This document shows, one piece after another, positions 9,598 to 20,462 of a DNA stretch of 64,000 nucleotides. The translations under genes were made by a program, and so were the position numbers. The DNA lies in the NCBI GenBank assembly GCA_022843625.1, contig JALHNH010000018.1, forward strand, positions 17,435-81,434. The letters are read 5' to 3'. The notes beneath the pieces were generated by a model. It made no database searches, was not told the DNA's origin, and saw only the letters and a list, made by a program, of their open reading frames with translations. Numbering within the stretch: the first letter of the stretch is position 1; each line of letters starts with the position of its first letter. This stretch comes from Bryobacter sp. Lineage in GTDB: Bacteria > Acidobacteriota > Terriglobia > Bryobacterales > Bryobacteraceae.

Positions 9598-11184
9598 ATG
9601 CTCCGTAGACATTTTCTCCCCGCTCTGGCCGCACCTCTGCTTTCCAAAACGCAAAAGCCCAACATCATCCTGATCATGGCCGACGACATGGGCTTCTCCG
9701 ACATCGGTTGCTACGGCGGCGAAATCCCCACGCCCCACCTGGACTCCCTCGCCAAAGGCGGCATCCGCTTCTCGCAGTTCTACAACTCCGCCCGCTGCTG
9801 CCCCACTCGCGCCTCCCTCATCACCGGCCTCTACCCACACCAAACCGGAATCGGCCACATGGTCGACAACCGTCGCCAGCTCCCGGGCTACACCGGAGAC
9901 CTCAGCCCCAAATGTCCCACCATCCCCGAAGCCCTCAAGCGCAGCGGCTATCAAACCCGCATGGCCGGCAAATGGCACGTCACCCCTGTCAGCAAATCCA
10001 AACACAACTGGCCCAACCAGCGCGGCTTCGACAAATTCTTTGGCACCATCCACGGCGCAGGCAGCTTCTACGCACCCACCACCCTCACCGAAGACAACGA
10101 GCCCGTTACACCCTCAAAAGACTTCTACTACACCGACGCGATCGCAGACAAGAGCGTAGACTACATCCGCGAATGCACCGCCCGCACCGAACCCTTCTTC
10201 CTCTACACTGCCTTCACTGCGCCCCACTGGCCCATGCACGCCTCCCCGGAAGACATCGCCCGCCATCGCAACACATACAAAAATGGCTGGGACCAACTCC
10301 GTCTCAACCGTCACAAGCGGCAACTGGAACTCGGCATCGTAGACCCCAAATGGCCCCTCTCAGTTCGCGACGAAAAGGCCCCATCCTGGGCCGACGAGCC
10401 CAATAAAGATTGGCAAATCGAACGCATGGCCACCTACGCTGCCATGGTCGAAAAAATGGATCAGGGCATCGGCCGCATGATCGCCGCCCTCAAAGAAACC
10501 AACTCGCTCAACAACACCCTCATCTGCTTCCTTTCAGACAACGGCGGCTGCGCCGAAGAACTCGGTCGCCAGATGAAAGCCCGCCACGTCCCGCTTCAAA
10601 CCAGAGCGGGCGAACCGATGTTCCAGGGCAACGACCCCGCCCGCATGCCAGGCCCTGAGAACACTTACCAAAGCTACGGCCTCGGCTGGGCCAACGCCTC
10701 CAACACCCCATTCCGCCTCTTCAAACACTGGGTCCACGAAGGCGGCATCTCCACCCCCTTCATCGCCCATTACCCCGGCCAGATCCAATCCCCCGGCTCC
10801 ATCACCAATCAGCCCGGCCACATCATCGACCTCATGGCCACCTTCCTCGACGCCAGCAACACCAAGCCCCACCAGATCGAAGGCACCAGCCTCCTTCCGG
10901 TCTTCAAAGGCAAAGACACCCTCTCAAAACGAACTCTCTACTGGGAGCACGAAGGCAACCGCGCCATCCGTCAGGGCCCACATAAACTGGTCTCAAAATT
11001 CCCCGGCAACTGGGAACTCTACGACATCCCGGCAGACCGTTCAGAGTCCAAAGACCTCTCCAAAGAGAACCCGCAACTCGCCGCAACCCTCGCCAGCAAA
11101 TACCAGCAATGGGCCACCCGCGTAGGCGCAGAACCCTGGGACAAAGTCCAGGCAGCGCCAAAAACACCTGCCCTGATAGACTAG
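9598..11184 (+). CDS. Arylsulfatase
   Basis: PNIILIMADDMG, CCPTRASLITG formylglycine motif and GKWH. RR leader. Confidence 0.93.
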   Translation: MLRRHFLPALAAPLLSKTQKPNIILIMADDMGFSDIGCYGGEIPTPHLDSLAKGGIRFSQFYNSARCCPTRASLITGLYPHQTGIGHMVDNRRQLPGYTGDLSPKCPTIPEALKRSGYQTRMAGKWHVTPVSKSKHNWPNQRGFDKFFGTIHGAGSFYAPTTLTEDNEPVTPSKDFYYTDAIADKSVDYIRECTARTEPFFLYTAFTAPHWPMHASPEDIARHRNTYKNGWDQLRLNRHKRQLELGIVDPKWPLSVRDEKAPSWADEPNKDWQIERMATYAAMVEKMDQGIGRMIAALKETNSLNNTLICFLSDNGGCAEELGRQMKARHVPLQTRAGEPMFQGNDPARMPGPENTYQSYGLGWANASNTPFRLFKHWVHEGGISTPFIAHYPGQIQSPGSITNQPGHIIDLMATFLDASNTKPHQIEGTSLLPVFKGKDTLSKRTLYWEHEGNRAIRQGPHKLVSKFPGNWELYDIPADRSESKDLSKENPQLAATLASKYQQWATRVGAEPWDKVQAAPKTPALID

Positions 11185-11197
11185 TAGATTAAACAAG

Positions 11198-12370
11198 ATG
11201 TTCCGCTTTGAAACCGCGGGCGAAAGCCACGGCGAGTGTCTGGTAGCCACAATTACCGGCCTCCCCTCGGGCGTCCCCATATCCCTCGAAAAGATCAATC
11301 ATGAACTGTGGCGCCGCCAGCAAGGCTTCGGCCGTGGCGGTCGCATGAAGATTGAAACAGATACCGCCCACATTGTTGCCGGTGTCAGACACTCCATCAC
11401 CATCGGCGCACCCATCGCCGTCATCGTGGCCAACAAAGACTGGAAGAACTGGACCGAGTCCATGCCGGTCGAAGACTACGAAGGCTCTTCTGAAAAATTC
11501 AAAGAAGTAAAGCGCCCACGCCCCGGCCACGCCGACTTGATCGGTTGCATCAAGTACGATTTCAACGACGCACGCTATATCCTCGAACGCGCCAGCGCTA
11601 GAGAAACCACAGCCCGTGTCGCTGTAGGCGCACTCGCCAAAGCCTACCTCGCCGAATTCGGCATCGAAATCCTGAGTCACGTTGTTGGTGTCGGCTCAGA
11701 GACCATGACCCGCGAAGCCACTTGGGAAGAAATCAAAGAGCTCAGCAAAAAAGAAGAAGTCCTCCTCGGCTGCGTAGACCCTGAAACCGAGGTCCGCTTC
11801 AAAGCCGTAGTCGACGAAGCCTACCGCACCGGCGACACCGTCGGCGGCATCTTCGAAGTCCGCGCCCACGGCGTCCCCGTCGGCCTCGGCTCGCACATCA
11901 CCTGGGATTCCCGCCTCGATGGTAAGCTCGCTCAGGCCATCGTCTCGATGCAAGCCGTCAAAGGCGTCGAAGTCGGTTACTCCCTCGAAGGCGCCCGCGC
12001 CTTCGGCTCCAAAGTCCAGGACACCATCCACTACAACAAAGAAGACCGCGCCTTCTTCCGTGGTGCCAACCGCGCCGGTGGGCTTGAAGGTGGCATCACC
12101 AACGGCCAGGACATTATCGTCCGTGGCCACTTGAAGCCCATCTCCACCCTGCGCCGCCCCCTCGAAAGCGTCGACCTGCCCACCCGCGATTCCGCCCTCG
12201 CCGCTTACGAGCGTTCCGACGTAGCGGTAATCCCCGCAGCCGGCGTCATCGGCGAAGCCATGGTCGCCCTCGTTCTCGCCCAAGCCATGATCGAAAAGTT
12301 CGGCGGCGATTCGCTCCGCGAAGCCAAAAGGAACTTCGACAATTACCAAACCCAAGTCCGAGACTTCTAG
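11198..12370 (+). CDS. aroC: Chorismate synthase
   Basis: TAGESHG, RPGHAD, ERASARET and KPISTL motifs. Confidence 0.97.
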   Translation: MFRFETAGESHGECLVATITGLPSGVPISLEKINHELWRRQQGFGRGGRMKIETDTAHIVAGVRHSITIGAPIAVIVANKDWKNWTESMPVEDYEGSSEKFKEVKRPRPGHADLIGCIKYDFNDARYILERASARETTARVAVGALAKAYLAEFGIEILSHVVGVGSETMTREATWEEIKELSKKEEVLLGCVDPETEVRFKAVVDEAYRTGDTVGGIFEVRAHGVPVGLGSHITWDSRLDGKLAQAIVSMQAVKGVEVGYSLEGARAFGSKVQDTIHYNKEDRAFFRGANRAGGLEGGITNGQDIIVRGHLKPISTLRRPLESVDLPTRDSALAAYERSDVAVIPAAGVIGEAMVALVLAQAMIEKFGGDSLREAKRNFDNYQTQVRDF

Positions 12371-12892
12371 ATGATTTACAAGATCGTAAAATACGGCAAC
12401 CCGGTCCTCGAAGAAAAGTGCGACCCCATCGAGCCAGCAGAATTCGGCTCCAAAGAGCTAAAACAATTAGTAGCCGACATGTTTGACACCATGTACTCGG
12501 CCAAAGGCGTCGGCCTCGCCGCCCCACAGATTGGCATCAAGAAGCGCCTCACCGTAATCGACCCCTCCGCCGGCGACAAGCCCGAAGAGCGAGTAGTCCT
12601 CATCAATCCCGAGATCCTGCACAAAGAAGGCAAGCTCACCGAAGAAGAAGGCTGCCTCTCGATCCCCGGCTTCCGCGAAAACGTCCAGCGAGCCAAGAAG
12701 ACCCACGTCAAAGCCCAGGACGCGGAAGGCAACTGGTTCGAGCTGATTGGCGAAGACCTCCTCAGCCGCGCCATCCAGCACGAAAACGATCACCTCGACG
12801 GCATCCTCTTCATTCACCGCATCAGTCCTCTGAAGCGAGATCTCATCCGCCGCAAGATTCGAAAACTTGAGAAGGCAGGCGAGTGGGACTAA
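12371..12892 (+). CDS. def: Peptide deformylase
   Basis: GVGLAAPQIG, EGCLS and QHENDHLDG motifs. Confidence 0.97.
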   Translation: MIYKIVKYGNPVLEEKCDPIEPAEFGSKELKQLVADMFDTMYSAKGVGLAAPQIGIKKRLTVIDPSAGDKPEERVVLINPEILHKEGKLTEEEGCLSIPGFRENVQRAKKTHVKAQDAEGNWFELIGEDLLSRAIQHENDHLDGILFIHRISPLKRDLIRRKIRKLEKAGEWD

Positions 12893-13812
12893 GAACTGTT
12901 TTCTTGGGCACTCCCCAGTTCGCTGTGCCCACCCTCGATGCTCTGGTCGCCGCAGGCCACCAGGTCATCAGCGTCTACACCCAGCCAGACCGACCCAAAG
13001 GCCGTGGCCAATCCGTTGCCATGAGCGCAGTCAAAGAAGCCGCTCTCCGTCTGAATCTTCCGGTCCTCCAGCCAGAACGCATCCGCCGCCCCGAACACGT
13101 CGCAGAACTCATTGAGCAAGCCCCCGAAGTAATGGTAATTGTCGGCTACGGGCAAATCATCCCCCAAAACATAATTGACATCCCACGTTTTGGCATCATC
13201 AACGTCCACGGCTCACTCCTGCCCAAATACCGCGGAGCCGGCCCTATCCAGTGGGCCATCGCCAATGGCGAATCGATCACAGGCGTCACCACCATGCGAA
13301 TCAACGCAGGTCTCGACACCGGGGACATGCTTCTCAAATCAGAAACACCCATCGAACCCAACGAAAGCGCTACCGAACTCGGCGAACGCCTCTCGCATCT
13401 CGGCGCAAAACTCCTGATCGAAACCCTCGAAAACCCCGGCATGCCCGGCACCCCGCAGGACGACAAGCTAGCAACTCACGCCCCCATCCTCAGCAAGCAG
13501 GACGGCGCAATCGACTGGTCCTGGCCCGCCACGCTCATCCACAACCGCACGCGCGGCTTCTACCCCTGGCCTGGCACCTCCACCATCTTCCGCGATCAAA
13601 GTCTCCGCCTCTGGAAAACTAGCGTCTGCGACGAAACCACACAATCCCAGCCCGGCCGCATCCTTGCCAGCAAAGGCCCAGTCAAAGTGGCCTGCGGCAA
13701 CAACACCGTCCTCGAACTAATCGAAGTCCAACAGGAAGGCCGCAAGCGTGTCTCAGGCACAGACTTCCGCAACGGCCTCCGAATCGTCGAAAATGAAATC
13801 TTGGGAGCATAA
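12883..13812 (+). CDS. fmt: Methionyl-tRNA formyltransferase
   Basis: FLGTPQFA, TQPDRPKGRG and NVHGSLLPKYRGAGPI. Follows def. Confidence 0.96.
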   Translation: MGLRTVFLGTPQFAVPTLDALVAAGHQVISVYTQPDRPKGRGQSVAMSAVKEAALRLNLPVLQPERIRRPEHVAELIEQAPEVMVIVGYGQIIPQNIIDIPRFGIINVHGSLLPKYRGAGPIQWAIANGESITGVTTMRINAGLDTGDMLLKSETPIEPNESATELGERLSHLGAKLLIETLENPGMPGTPQDDKLATHAPILSKQDGAIDWSWPATLIHNRTRGFYPWPGTSTIFRDQSLRLWKTSVCDETTQSQPGRILASKGPVKVACGNNTVLELIEVQQEGRKRVSGTDFRNGLRIVENEILGA

Positions 13813-14997
13813 ATGAGCAACGAGCTGCCTCTTGGCTATCACTACAGCGCCGTCTACGCCGGCATTCGCAAAGTCGCAAAAGACGACCTCTCGCTAATCC
13901 TGAGCGAGCCAGCCGCCAACGCCGCTGCCGTCTTCACAAAGAACCTCGTCGCCGCTGCGCCAGTGGTCCTCTCCAAGGCCAACCTCAAAGCCTCCAAAGG
14001 CAAAGTGAAGGCCCTGCTCATCAACGCCGGCAACGCCAATTGCGCCACCCGCACCGGCATGAAGGTCGCCGAGACCACCGTCAAAGCAACCGCCAAACAC
14101 GCCAAGTGTTTACCGGCTGAAATCCTCCCCTCCTCTACCGGAGTCATCGGCGTAGAACTCGATCCCAAGAAGATTACCCAAGCCCTGCCAGACCTCTTCG
14201 CTGGCCTCTCAGCCGAGCGCTTCGGCGACGTAGCCCGCGCCATCATGACCACCGACCTGGTCCAGAAAACCGCGCAAACCAACCTGCAGCTCAAGAAGGG
14301 CAAGATCCGCATCGCCGGCATGACCAAGGGCTCCGGCATGATCCAGCCCAACATGGCCACCACTCTGGGCTATGTCATGACCGACGCAAACATCAGCGTC
14401 AAAGACCTCAAGTCTATCCTCGCCAGAGCCACAGACCTCAGCTACAACCGCCTCACTGTAGACGGCGACACCTCCACCAACGACACGGTCGTCCTCATGG
14501 CCAACGGTGCCAGCGGCATCAAGCCGAACCCCGAAGAACTCAAGCTAGTAGCCGAAGCAGTCACAGGTGTCCTCAAGAGCCTCGCATCTCAGATCGCCCG
14601 CGACGGCGAAGGCGCAAAGAAACTCGTCCGGGTCCTGGTCACTGGCGCCAAAACAGAACAAGACGCCAACCTCATCGGCCGCGCTATCGCCAACTCACCC
14701 TTAGTCAAGACCGCCATCGCCGGCTCCGATCCAAACTGGGGCCGCATCATCTGCGCCGCAGGCTACTCCGGTGCCAACTTCGACCCCACCAAAGTCGACA
14801 TCTATCTCCAGGGCAAGCGAGTCTGCAAGGCAGGCCTCGCCGCCCCCTTCGACGAAAACAAACTGAAGCTCAAGCTGGACGAAAAAGACGTTGTCATAGA
14901 CCTCCGCATCGAAGGCAACGGCAACGGCACCGCCGAATTCTGGACCTGCGACTTCACAGAAGGCTACATCGAAATCAATGGAAGCTATCGCACGTAG
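13813..14997 (+). CDS. argJ: Glutamate N-acetyltransferase (ornithine acetyltransferase)
   Basis: KGSGMIQPNMATTL autocleavage site, DGDTSTND, DGEGA and DPNWGRI. Confidence 0.96.
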   Translation: MSNELPLGYHYSAVYAGIRKVAKDDLSLILSEPAANAAAVFTKNLVAAAPVVLSKANLKASKGKVKALLINAGNANCATRTGMKVAETTVKATAKHAKCLPAEILPSSTGVIGVELDPKKITQALPDLFAGLSAERFGDVARAIMTTDLVQKTAQTNLQLKKGKIRIAGMTKGSGMIQPNMATTLGYVMTDANISVKDLKSILARATDLSYNRLTVDGDTSTNDTVVLMANGASGIKPNPEELKLVAEAVTGVLKSLASQIARDGEGAKKLVRVLVTGAKTEQDANLIGRAIANSPLVKTAIAGSDPNWGRIICAAGYSGANFDPTKVDIYLQGKRVCKAGLAAPFDENKLKLKLDEKDVVIDLRIEGNGNGTAEFWTCDFTEGYIEINGSYRT

Positions 14998-15382
14998 AGC
15001 GCTCATCGCTCTGTTCTTCGCACCCCCTCAAGACGAGATCCGCGCGATCCTCGCCTCGATGGCGACGGATCTCAGCGCTAGCAACATCTCTGGCTTCATG
15101 ACCGCAATAGCCAAAGACTTCCCTGGCCGCGACGAACTCCGTCAGCAACTACAAGGCATGATCTCCGCCCACGACATCAACTCAAGCGTCGAGATCCAAA
15201 CCACCTCCGGCACCGAAGACAGGCAAACCGCCAAAGTCGATTGGTATCTAGCCTTGCGCTCCCGCACAGACAACGCCGTAGCCCTCCAACGCCGCGAAGT
15301 CCTTACCATTGAATTCACCCGCGCGAGCAAACGCTGGCGCATCACAGCCCTCACCCCGCGAGAGTTTTTCCAGGCAAATTAG
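14978..15382 (+). CDS. Small hypothetical protein, NTF2/SnoaL-like
   Basis: Alpha-alpha-beta layout ending in WRIT. Codon style matches neighbouring genes. Confidence 0.55.
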   Translation: MEAIARRALIALFFAPPQDEIRAILASMATDLSASNISGFMTAIAKDFPGRDELRQQLQGMISAHDINSSVEIQTTSGTEDRQTAKVDWYLALRSRTDNAVALQRREVLTIEFTRASKRWRITALTPREFFQAN

Positions 15383-16889
15383 GGCTCGCCGCCACACCCT
15401 TCGGCCGCAAACCCAACTTCCCATTCACCACAAACGGCGTCCCCCGCTCAGACAAGTGCGAAACCATCCGCTGCCGCCAAAGCGTTAGCGCAAGGCTAGC
15501 TTCCGTCTCCCCCGCCAAATCCTTCAACTCATGCGGATCCTTCGAAAGATCGAATAACTGCTCCTGCCCATCGAGCGCATGAAAGATATACTTCATCCGC
15601 CCATCCGTAAGCGCGCTCCAGTTGTTCACCGGCGAATAGCAAACGTTGTGTTCGAGATCGATAAACGGCCGCCACGACGCACCCTTATCTCGAACCAGCT
15701 TCAGCATGCTATCCCCGTCAAGCTTCCGCGACGGGCTCAACCCCGCCCCATCCAGCAGCGTCGGAAACACATCCCGCAACTCCACAGGCTGGTCCATCAC
15801 CTGCCCACCCTTCGCCCCCGGCAGCCGTACAATCATCGGAACTCGCGTACTCGCCTCATACGCATAAGACTTCCGCCAAAGGTTATGATCGCCAGTCATA
15901 TCGCCGTGATCAGACGTAAACACAATCAGCGTCTCATCGAGCTTCTTCTGCTTCTCCAGCGTCTCGACAATCCGGCCGATCTGCTCATCCACATGAGTGA
16001 TGCAGGCATAATAACCACGGCGAGTATTAGCAATCGTCTTGGCATCCAGCTTCCCGTGCCAGATATCCGGGCGATCACTCGAAGGCGCAGCAAACTTTGA
16101 AGCCCAGGCCCCAATCTGAGCCTCCGGCATCGCCACATCGCGATACTGATCCCAAATCCTCTGCGGCGGATCATAAGGGCTATGCGGCCGAATAAACGAA
16201 ACCTTCAAATAGAAAGGCCGCGCATCGCGATAACTCTCGAGATACCGCACAGCCGTATCGCCCATCCAGGTCGTCGGATGCAGCCGCTCATGCAAAGCAA
16301 AAGGCCGCGCCGCATAATCGTTCCAACCAAGCCCGGTCGCATGAGGGTTCAAGTGAGGTTCCTGCGAATAAAACCAGGCCTCGTAATCAGTGCGCTCCTC
16401 AGCGGCCCGCCGCTCCATCGCAACCTTGTCATGCACCATGCCACCAGCCGCATGCTCATCTAGAAACATCTGCTCATAGCCATGGCTATTGCGCCACGGA
16501 GCAAAGTGATTCTTACCGATCGTTGCCGTCGCATAGCCAGCCTCGCGCAAAGCCCTCGGCTTCTCGTATTCAAAACGTCTCGGAATCTCCCCATACCCCA
16601 ACATCCCGTGATTCCACGGCGACAACCCGGTCAACAACCCGCACCGCGCCGGCGTACAAGTCGGGGTACTCGAATAAGCGTGAAGAAAACGAGTCCCCTC
16701 CTTTGCCAATCGATCCAGATTTGGTGTCCGGATCGCCGCATTCCCGTCAGCACCCAGACAATCCCCCCGCTGCTGATCCGTCATTACAAACAACAAATTC
16801 AGCCGGTCCCGTTTCTGTGCGACGGCACGCTGAAAACCCGCACTCGGTGCGGCAATCCCCATCCCAACAAACGCTCTTCGCTGCATCAT
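15351..16889 (-). CDS. Sulfatase (choline-sulfatase-like)
   Basis: MTDQQR, CTPARCGLLTG, PHSPYDPP and SDHGD motifs. RR leader. Start could be 16916. Confidence 0.92.
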   Translation of the reverse strand: MMQRRAFVGMGIAAPSAGFQRAVAQKRDRLNLLFVMTDQQRGDCLGADGNAAIRTPNLDRLAKEGTRFLHAYSSTPTCTPARCGLLTGLSPWNHGMLGYGEIPRRFEYEKPRALREAGYATATIGKNHFAPWRNSHGYEQMFLDEHAAGGMVHDKVAMERRAAEERTDYEAWFYSQEPHLNPHATGLGWNDYAARPFALHERLHPTTWMGDTAVRYLESYRDARPFYLKVSFIRPHSPYDPPQRIWDQYRDVAMPEAQIGAWASKFAAPSSDRPDIWHGKLDAKTIANTRRGYYACITHVDEQIGRIVETLEKQKKLDETLIVFTSDHGDMTGDHNLWRKSYAYEASTRVPMIVRLPGAKGGQVMDQPVELRDVFPTLLDGAGLSPSRKLDGDSMLKLVRDKGASWRPFIDLEHNVCYSPVNNWSALTDGRMKYIFHALDGQEQLFDLSKDPHELKDLAGETEASLALTLWRQRMVSHLSERGTPFVVNGKLGLRPKGVAASPNLPGKTLAG

Positions 16890-16905
16890 TCGATTGTCCC
16901 TCTTC

Positions 16906-17670
16906 TCACCGGACAAACTTCACAACACCCCATTTCTCGGGGACATGCATATTAATGACACCTTGCGGGCTCCACACCCAGTTGTCCTCTTTTAAACCCT
17001 TCCGCTTCTCGTATTTCCCGTTTACAACATCCAGCACCCACTCCACCCGGGAGAAATTCACGCGCCACTGCTCACCTTCCTTCGGTGCCACCGCTGGTCT
17101 CGGCCCGCGGTTCAGCGCCGACCACGGAATCGCAATTTCCAAACTCCAGCCACGATCTTTGTCCGTGGGGTTGTTCAGCGTCCCCCGCAAAAAAACTGCA
17201 GTCTTTAACCCCGGTATTTCCCATCCATCATCTGCTTTCCCGCCATCCTTATAGGGTTTGGCCAAATAGAGATCCCAGCCTGTGTTTTTAGCATTCATCT
17301 CAAACTCGAAGTAATGTAGTCCATCTCCATCAGGATCAAGGAATACTTCGAAATCATGCTCATGAAAAATCACCATGTCGTGCTGATCGTAGGTCGCCCA
17401 CAGGTTCGGCTCCTCCATCTCGGCCGCGATATAAAAGTATTCTTCGTCCCACAACATTTTTGCCCGCGTCCGAAATCTTGGCTTTGGCTTTGCTGCACCC
17501 TCTATATCAACAAAGAACTGAGTCCAAGGCGCAGACCTCCAAACTGAATCGTCCAATTTTCCATCTATTTTCAATGGTTTGGAGATTTTATTGCATGTGT
17601 ATTCTTGCTGCTGATCCACAGCAAGAATCGGATTCACAAGCAGCAGACTGAAGAAAATTTCAAGCTTCAC
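16906..17670 (-). CDS. Carbohydrate-binding family 9-like (DOMON-like) secreted protein
   Basis: IDGKLDD..W, KMLWD, EVFLDPDGD, WSLEIAIPW and WRVNFSR motifs. GTG start. Confidence 0.85.
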   Translation of the reverse strand: MKLEIFFSLLLVNPILAVDQQQEYTCNKISKPLKIDGKLDDSVWRSAPWTQFFVDIEGAAKPKPRFRTRAKMLWDEEYFYIAAEMEEPNLWATYDQHDMVIFHEHDFEVFLDPDGDGLHYFEFEMNAKNTGWDLYLAKPYKDGGKADDGWEIPGLKTAVFLRGTLNNPTDKDRGWSLEIAIPWSALNRGPRPAVAPKEGEQWRVNFSRVEWVLDVVNGKYEKRKGLKEDNWVWSPQGVINMHVPEKWGVVKFVR

Positions 17671-17692
17671 ACCAAGATCTTATCAGGGGCTC

Positions 17693-17720
17693 TAAAGCAC
17701 TTAAGGTAAACCACCGATTT
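17693..17720 (+). promoter_or_regulatory. Possible sigma28 (FliA)-type promoter
   Basis: TAAA(G)-N16-ACCGATTT compared with consensus TAAA-N15-GCCGATAA, about 70 nt before the 17788 gene. Confidence 0.3.
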
Positions 17721-17787
17721 CCTTACAAGCTGCGGAACTCTATTTTGGTTATAAGCCTTAATCTCAGAGCCCGGCTCCAATGATCTA

Positions 17788-19023
17788 ATGACCTGTCTAT
17801 ACTGCGGCAAAAAACTCGGCTTCTTTTCTCGCTACAAGGACACTCCCTTCTGCAGCGAAGAACACTTGCGCACACATCAGGACGAGTTAGAGCGCGCACT
17901 GATGGAGCGTCTGGGTTCAAAGTCAGTAGCTCCGGCCCGTTCCCTCAACGATCTCGCCAGCATCGAAACTGCACCTACTAAATCACTACTTGGGCTCGAA
18001 TCCGCGACGAGAGCCCCTCAAACAGCTGCGCCTGAGCCGCAGAAGCAATCGAAGAAAATTGCAAAGCCTGTCGAAGAGGCCCCAGAGGCTCCGCCGCCCC
18101 CTCCCACTCCTCCCGCACCGGCCCCTCTGCACGAAGATTACCTCTTCCAACTTCCAGACCCCGTTGCCGCGCTCAGCACCGAAACGCCGCTGATACCACC
18201 GGCAAGCTTCGCTATTATTGTCCAGGCAGATTGCTGTACCCCCTCCTCTCCAGAACGAAGAATTGACTTTAATTTTGAATTGGATGAGACTGAATTTGAA
18301 ATAGATACGAGCGTATTATTGAGCTCTGTAGCTTTTGAGACTCCAGCCCAGCCAACCGCATTTCAGGAAGAGGGTTTTGGCGAACCATGGGTAGAACTAC
18401 CTACCAGAACAGAAGTCACTCTTGATCTGAAAACTGATTTTGTTGTAAACGGCGATCCCCTTCCCCTCGATTACGAGGCAGTTTCTACAACGCTGCACCA
18501 CACGGCAATGGGTCACCGCGAGGAGATCGAACCGCGTCTGCGACTCCGCTTCCCATACGCGGCCAGCCAGGTTACTTCGTCCTGGAATTCTCTTCCTGCA
18601 ACAGATCTCAGCTTCCCTGTTACCGCATCCGATGAATGGGACCCAATTCTGCCGTTTGTCGCACCAAACCTTCAAATCAAGCCGGCTTCCTCTGCTCCCG
18701 CAGAACTCTCGCCTTTTGTCGACGTTCCGCTGACCATAAGTGCCCTGACCCGGCTTAAGCTCGATGCCGCCGACGTAGAAGATTTTGGCGACTCACTCGC
18801 TGTATTCGCCCAAAACCTCTCGGCCAATGCCGGCATTTCTGCCGACTGCTCCGCTGGCTACTGGGCACCTGCCGTAGCATTGCCCCGCCCTTCTACGGAT
18901 CTGACATTCCGCCCCAGTTGGCAAACTTCCCGTCCTACGGATCGTGTCTCACCGGTTCCGTTCCCCTCCCTGTTTCAATTGGGTCCCGTGCTGCCGCCGA
19001 GACCGGAAAGCTCCGCAGGATAA
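17788..19023 (+). CDS. Hypothetical protein: N-terminal CxxC...FCSxxH Zn finger plus Pro/acidic low-complexity body
   Basis: MTCLYCGKKLG...PFCSEEH. 411-aa ORF fills the gap and has a Pro-rich linker. Confidence 0.8.
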   Translation: MTCLYCGKKLGFFSRYKDTPFCSEEHLRTHQDELERALMERLGSKSVAPARSLNDLASIETAPTKSLLGLESATRAPQTAAPEPQKQSKKIAKPVEEAPEAPPPPPTPPAPAPLHEDYLFQLPDPVAALSTETPLIPPASFAIIVQADCCTPSSPERRIDFNFELDETEFEIDTSVLLSSVAFETPAQPTAFQEEGFGEPWVELPTRTEVTLDLKTDFVVNGDPLPLDYEAVSTTLHHTAMGHREEIEPRLRLRFPYAASQVTSSWNSLPATDLSFPVTASDEWDPILPFVAPNLQIKPASSAPAELSPFVDVPLTISALTRLKLDAADVEDFGDSLAVFAQNLSANAGISADCSAGYWAPAVALPRPSTDLTFRPSWQTSRPTDRVSPVPFPSLFQLGPVLPPRPESSAG

Positions 19024-19035
19024 GGGATCACCAAT

Positions 19036-20457
19036 ATGGCCAACGCAGCGCGCGCACCAAAAATTATCGAAATGCCGCTCAAGAGGAGCGGAGACCAACA
19101 GGAGTCCTTCGTCCCTTCGAGCCTCCCCAGCGAGTCCCCAGCGGCGATAGCAGCCCGCAAACTCGAAGCTCTCGCGCACTTCCATCTTGCTCTCGAAGAA
19201 TACGAAGAAGCCCTCGAAGCTTTCCGTCGTCTCCTGAAACTCGTTCCTACCCGGCCTGACCTCCTGGTCCAAACTGTCGCCTGCATGGAGCGCCTGGAAC
19301 GCTGGCAGGAAGGTGCCGACCTCCTCCAGCCTGAGATCGAAATTCACCCGGATTGGACCGAAGCCGCCCTTGCCCTCGGTATCTGCCGTTTACATTTGAA
19401 TCAGCCTCAGGAAGCGTTCGAAGTCTTCCGTGGGGTGGAATCGCGCTCACCCGGAAATCAAGTGGCAAAGGAAGGCATCCGCGCCGCCCAGGCACTCCTG
19501 GGGCCACCACCAGCCTCTAGCCGCCCTGAGGACTGGGAATCCCAATTGGCTGACCTCGCTTCAAGCCAGGAATGGGAACGCCTCATCAAATCTTGTGAAC
19601 AGCTCGTTGTCGAAGGCGAGCCCTCTGCCCACTTCTACACTGCCTACGCTTTGGAGCAAATGGGGAATATGGACTTTGCCCGCGCCGATTACGATAAGTG
19701 CCTGGAGGCCTCGCCCAATCACCGCGAAGCTCGCTACAATCTCGCTTGCCTGCTGATCCAATCTGGACAATACCACCAGGCGGCAGAACACCTTGCCTAT
19801 CTCACCAGCATTGATTCGGAGAACTCAAACGCATGGTGGAACTTCATGCTGGCAGCTGAATTCTCAAACCGTCACAACGACGCGGTTTCAGCGGCTCAGC
19901 ATCTCATTCGGCTCGATGGCTATACACCGGAACTCCGCTTCCGCCTCGGCCTGAACTGCCTTGAGGCAGGTCGATTCGATGAAGCAGCAAGGCACTTCGA
20001 CCTCTGCTGTGAAGAGAACGAATATTGGACCGAAGCTCGAATCAATCTTGGGCTTGCGATGCAGCGCTTGGGCAATCTCGATCACGCTCGCGCCATCTTT
20101 GAGAATGCACTCAGGGAGCAGCCTGCCAGCCGGGAAGCGGCGGAATGCCTTGTTGGCCTCGAGATCGAACTGGGGCGCCTCGATGAAGCCGTTTCTATTT
20201 TCGAGACTCTGCAGAACCGCGGCATTCCTCTCGCCTCCATCAGTCTTCGAATCGCCAGAGCTTTCGAAGTCAAAGAGCAATTCCCTGCGGCTCTCCACTA
20301 TTACGAACGCGCCCTGCGGGCAGAACCTGGCTTCGGAGACGCTTATCTGCAACTTGCTGCCTTGTTTGAACGTTTGGAGCAGCCCGAAAAAGCTCTACAG
20401 TGCCGACAGATGGCTGTGCGCGTGCAGCCATCTGTCGCAAAGTCCTACTTCGAGTAA
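19036..20457 (+). CDS. Tetratricopeptide-repeat protein
   Basis: Multiple TPR-like units (EARYNLACLL, EARINLGLAM, DAYLQLA). No signal peptide. Confidence 0.88.
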   Translation: MANAARAPKIIEMPLKRSGDQQESFVPSSLPSESPAAIAARKLEALAHFHLALEEYEEALEAFRRLLKLVPTRPDLLVQTVACMERLERWQEGADLLQPEIEIHPDWTEAALALGICRLHLNQPQEAFEVFRGVESRSPGNQVAKEGIRAAQALLGPPPASSRPEDWESQLADLASSQEWERLIKSCEQLVVEGEPSAHFYTAYALEQMGNMDFARADYDKCLEASPNHREARYNLACLLIQSGQYHQAAEHLAYLTSIDSENSNAWWNFMLAAEFSNRHNDAVSAAQHLIRLDGYTPELRFRLGLNCLEAGRFDEAARHFDLCCEENEYWTEARINLGLAMQRLGNLDHARAIFENALREQPASREAAECLVGLEIELGRLDEAVSIFETLQNRGIPLASISLRIARAFEVKEQFPAALHYYERALRAEPGFGDAYLQLAALFERLEQPEKALQCRQMAVRVQPSVAKSYFE

Positions 20458-20462
20458 GCCAT

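Noticed and set aside
17612-17620. TGATCCACA as a DnaA box marking oriC
   Set aside because: A single one-mismatch site inside a CDS, with no cluster or AT-rich unwinding element.
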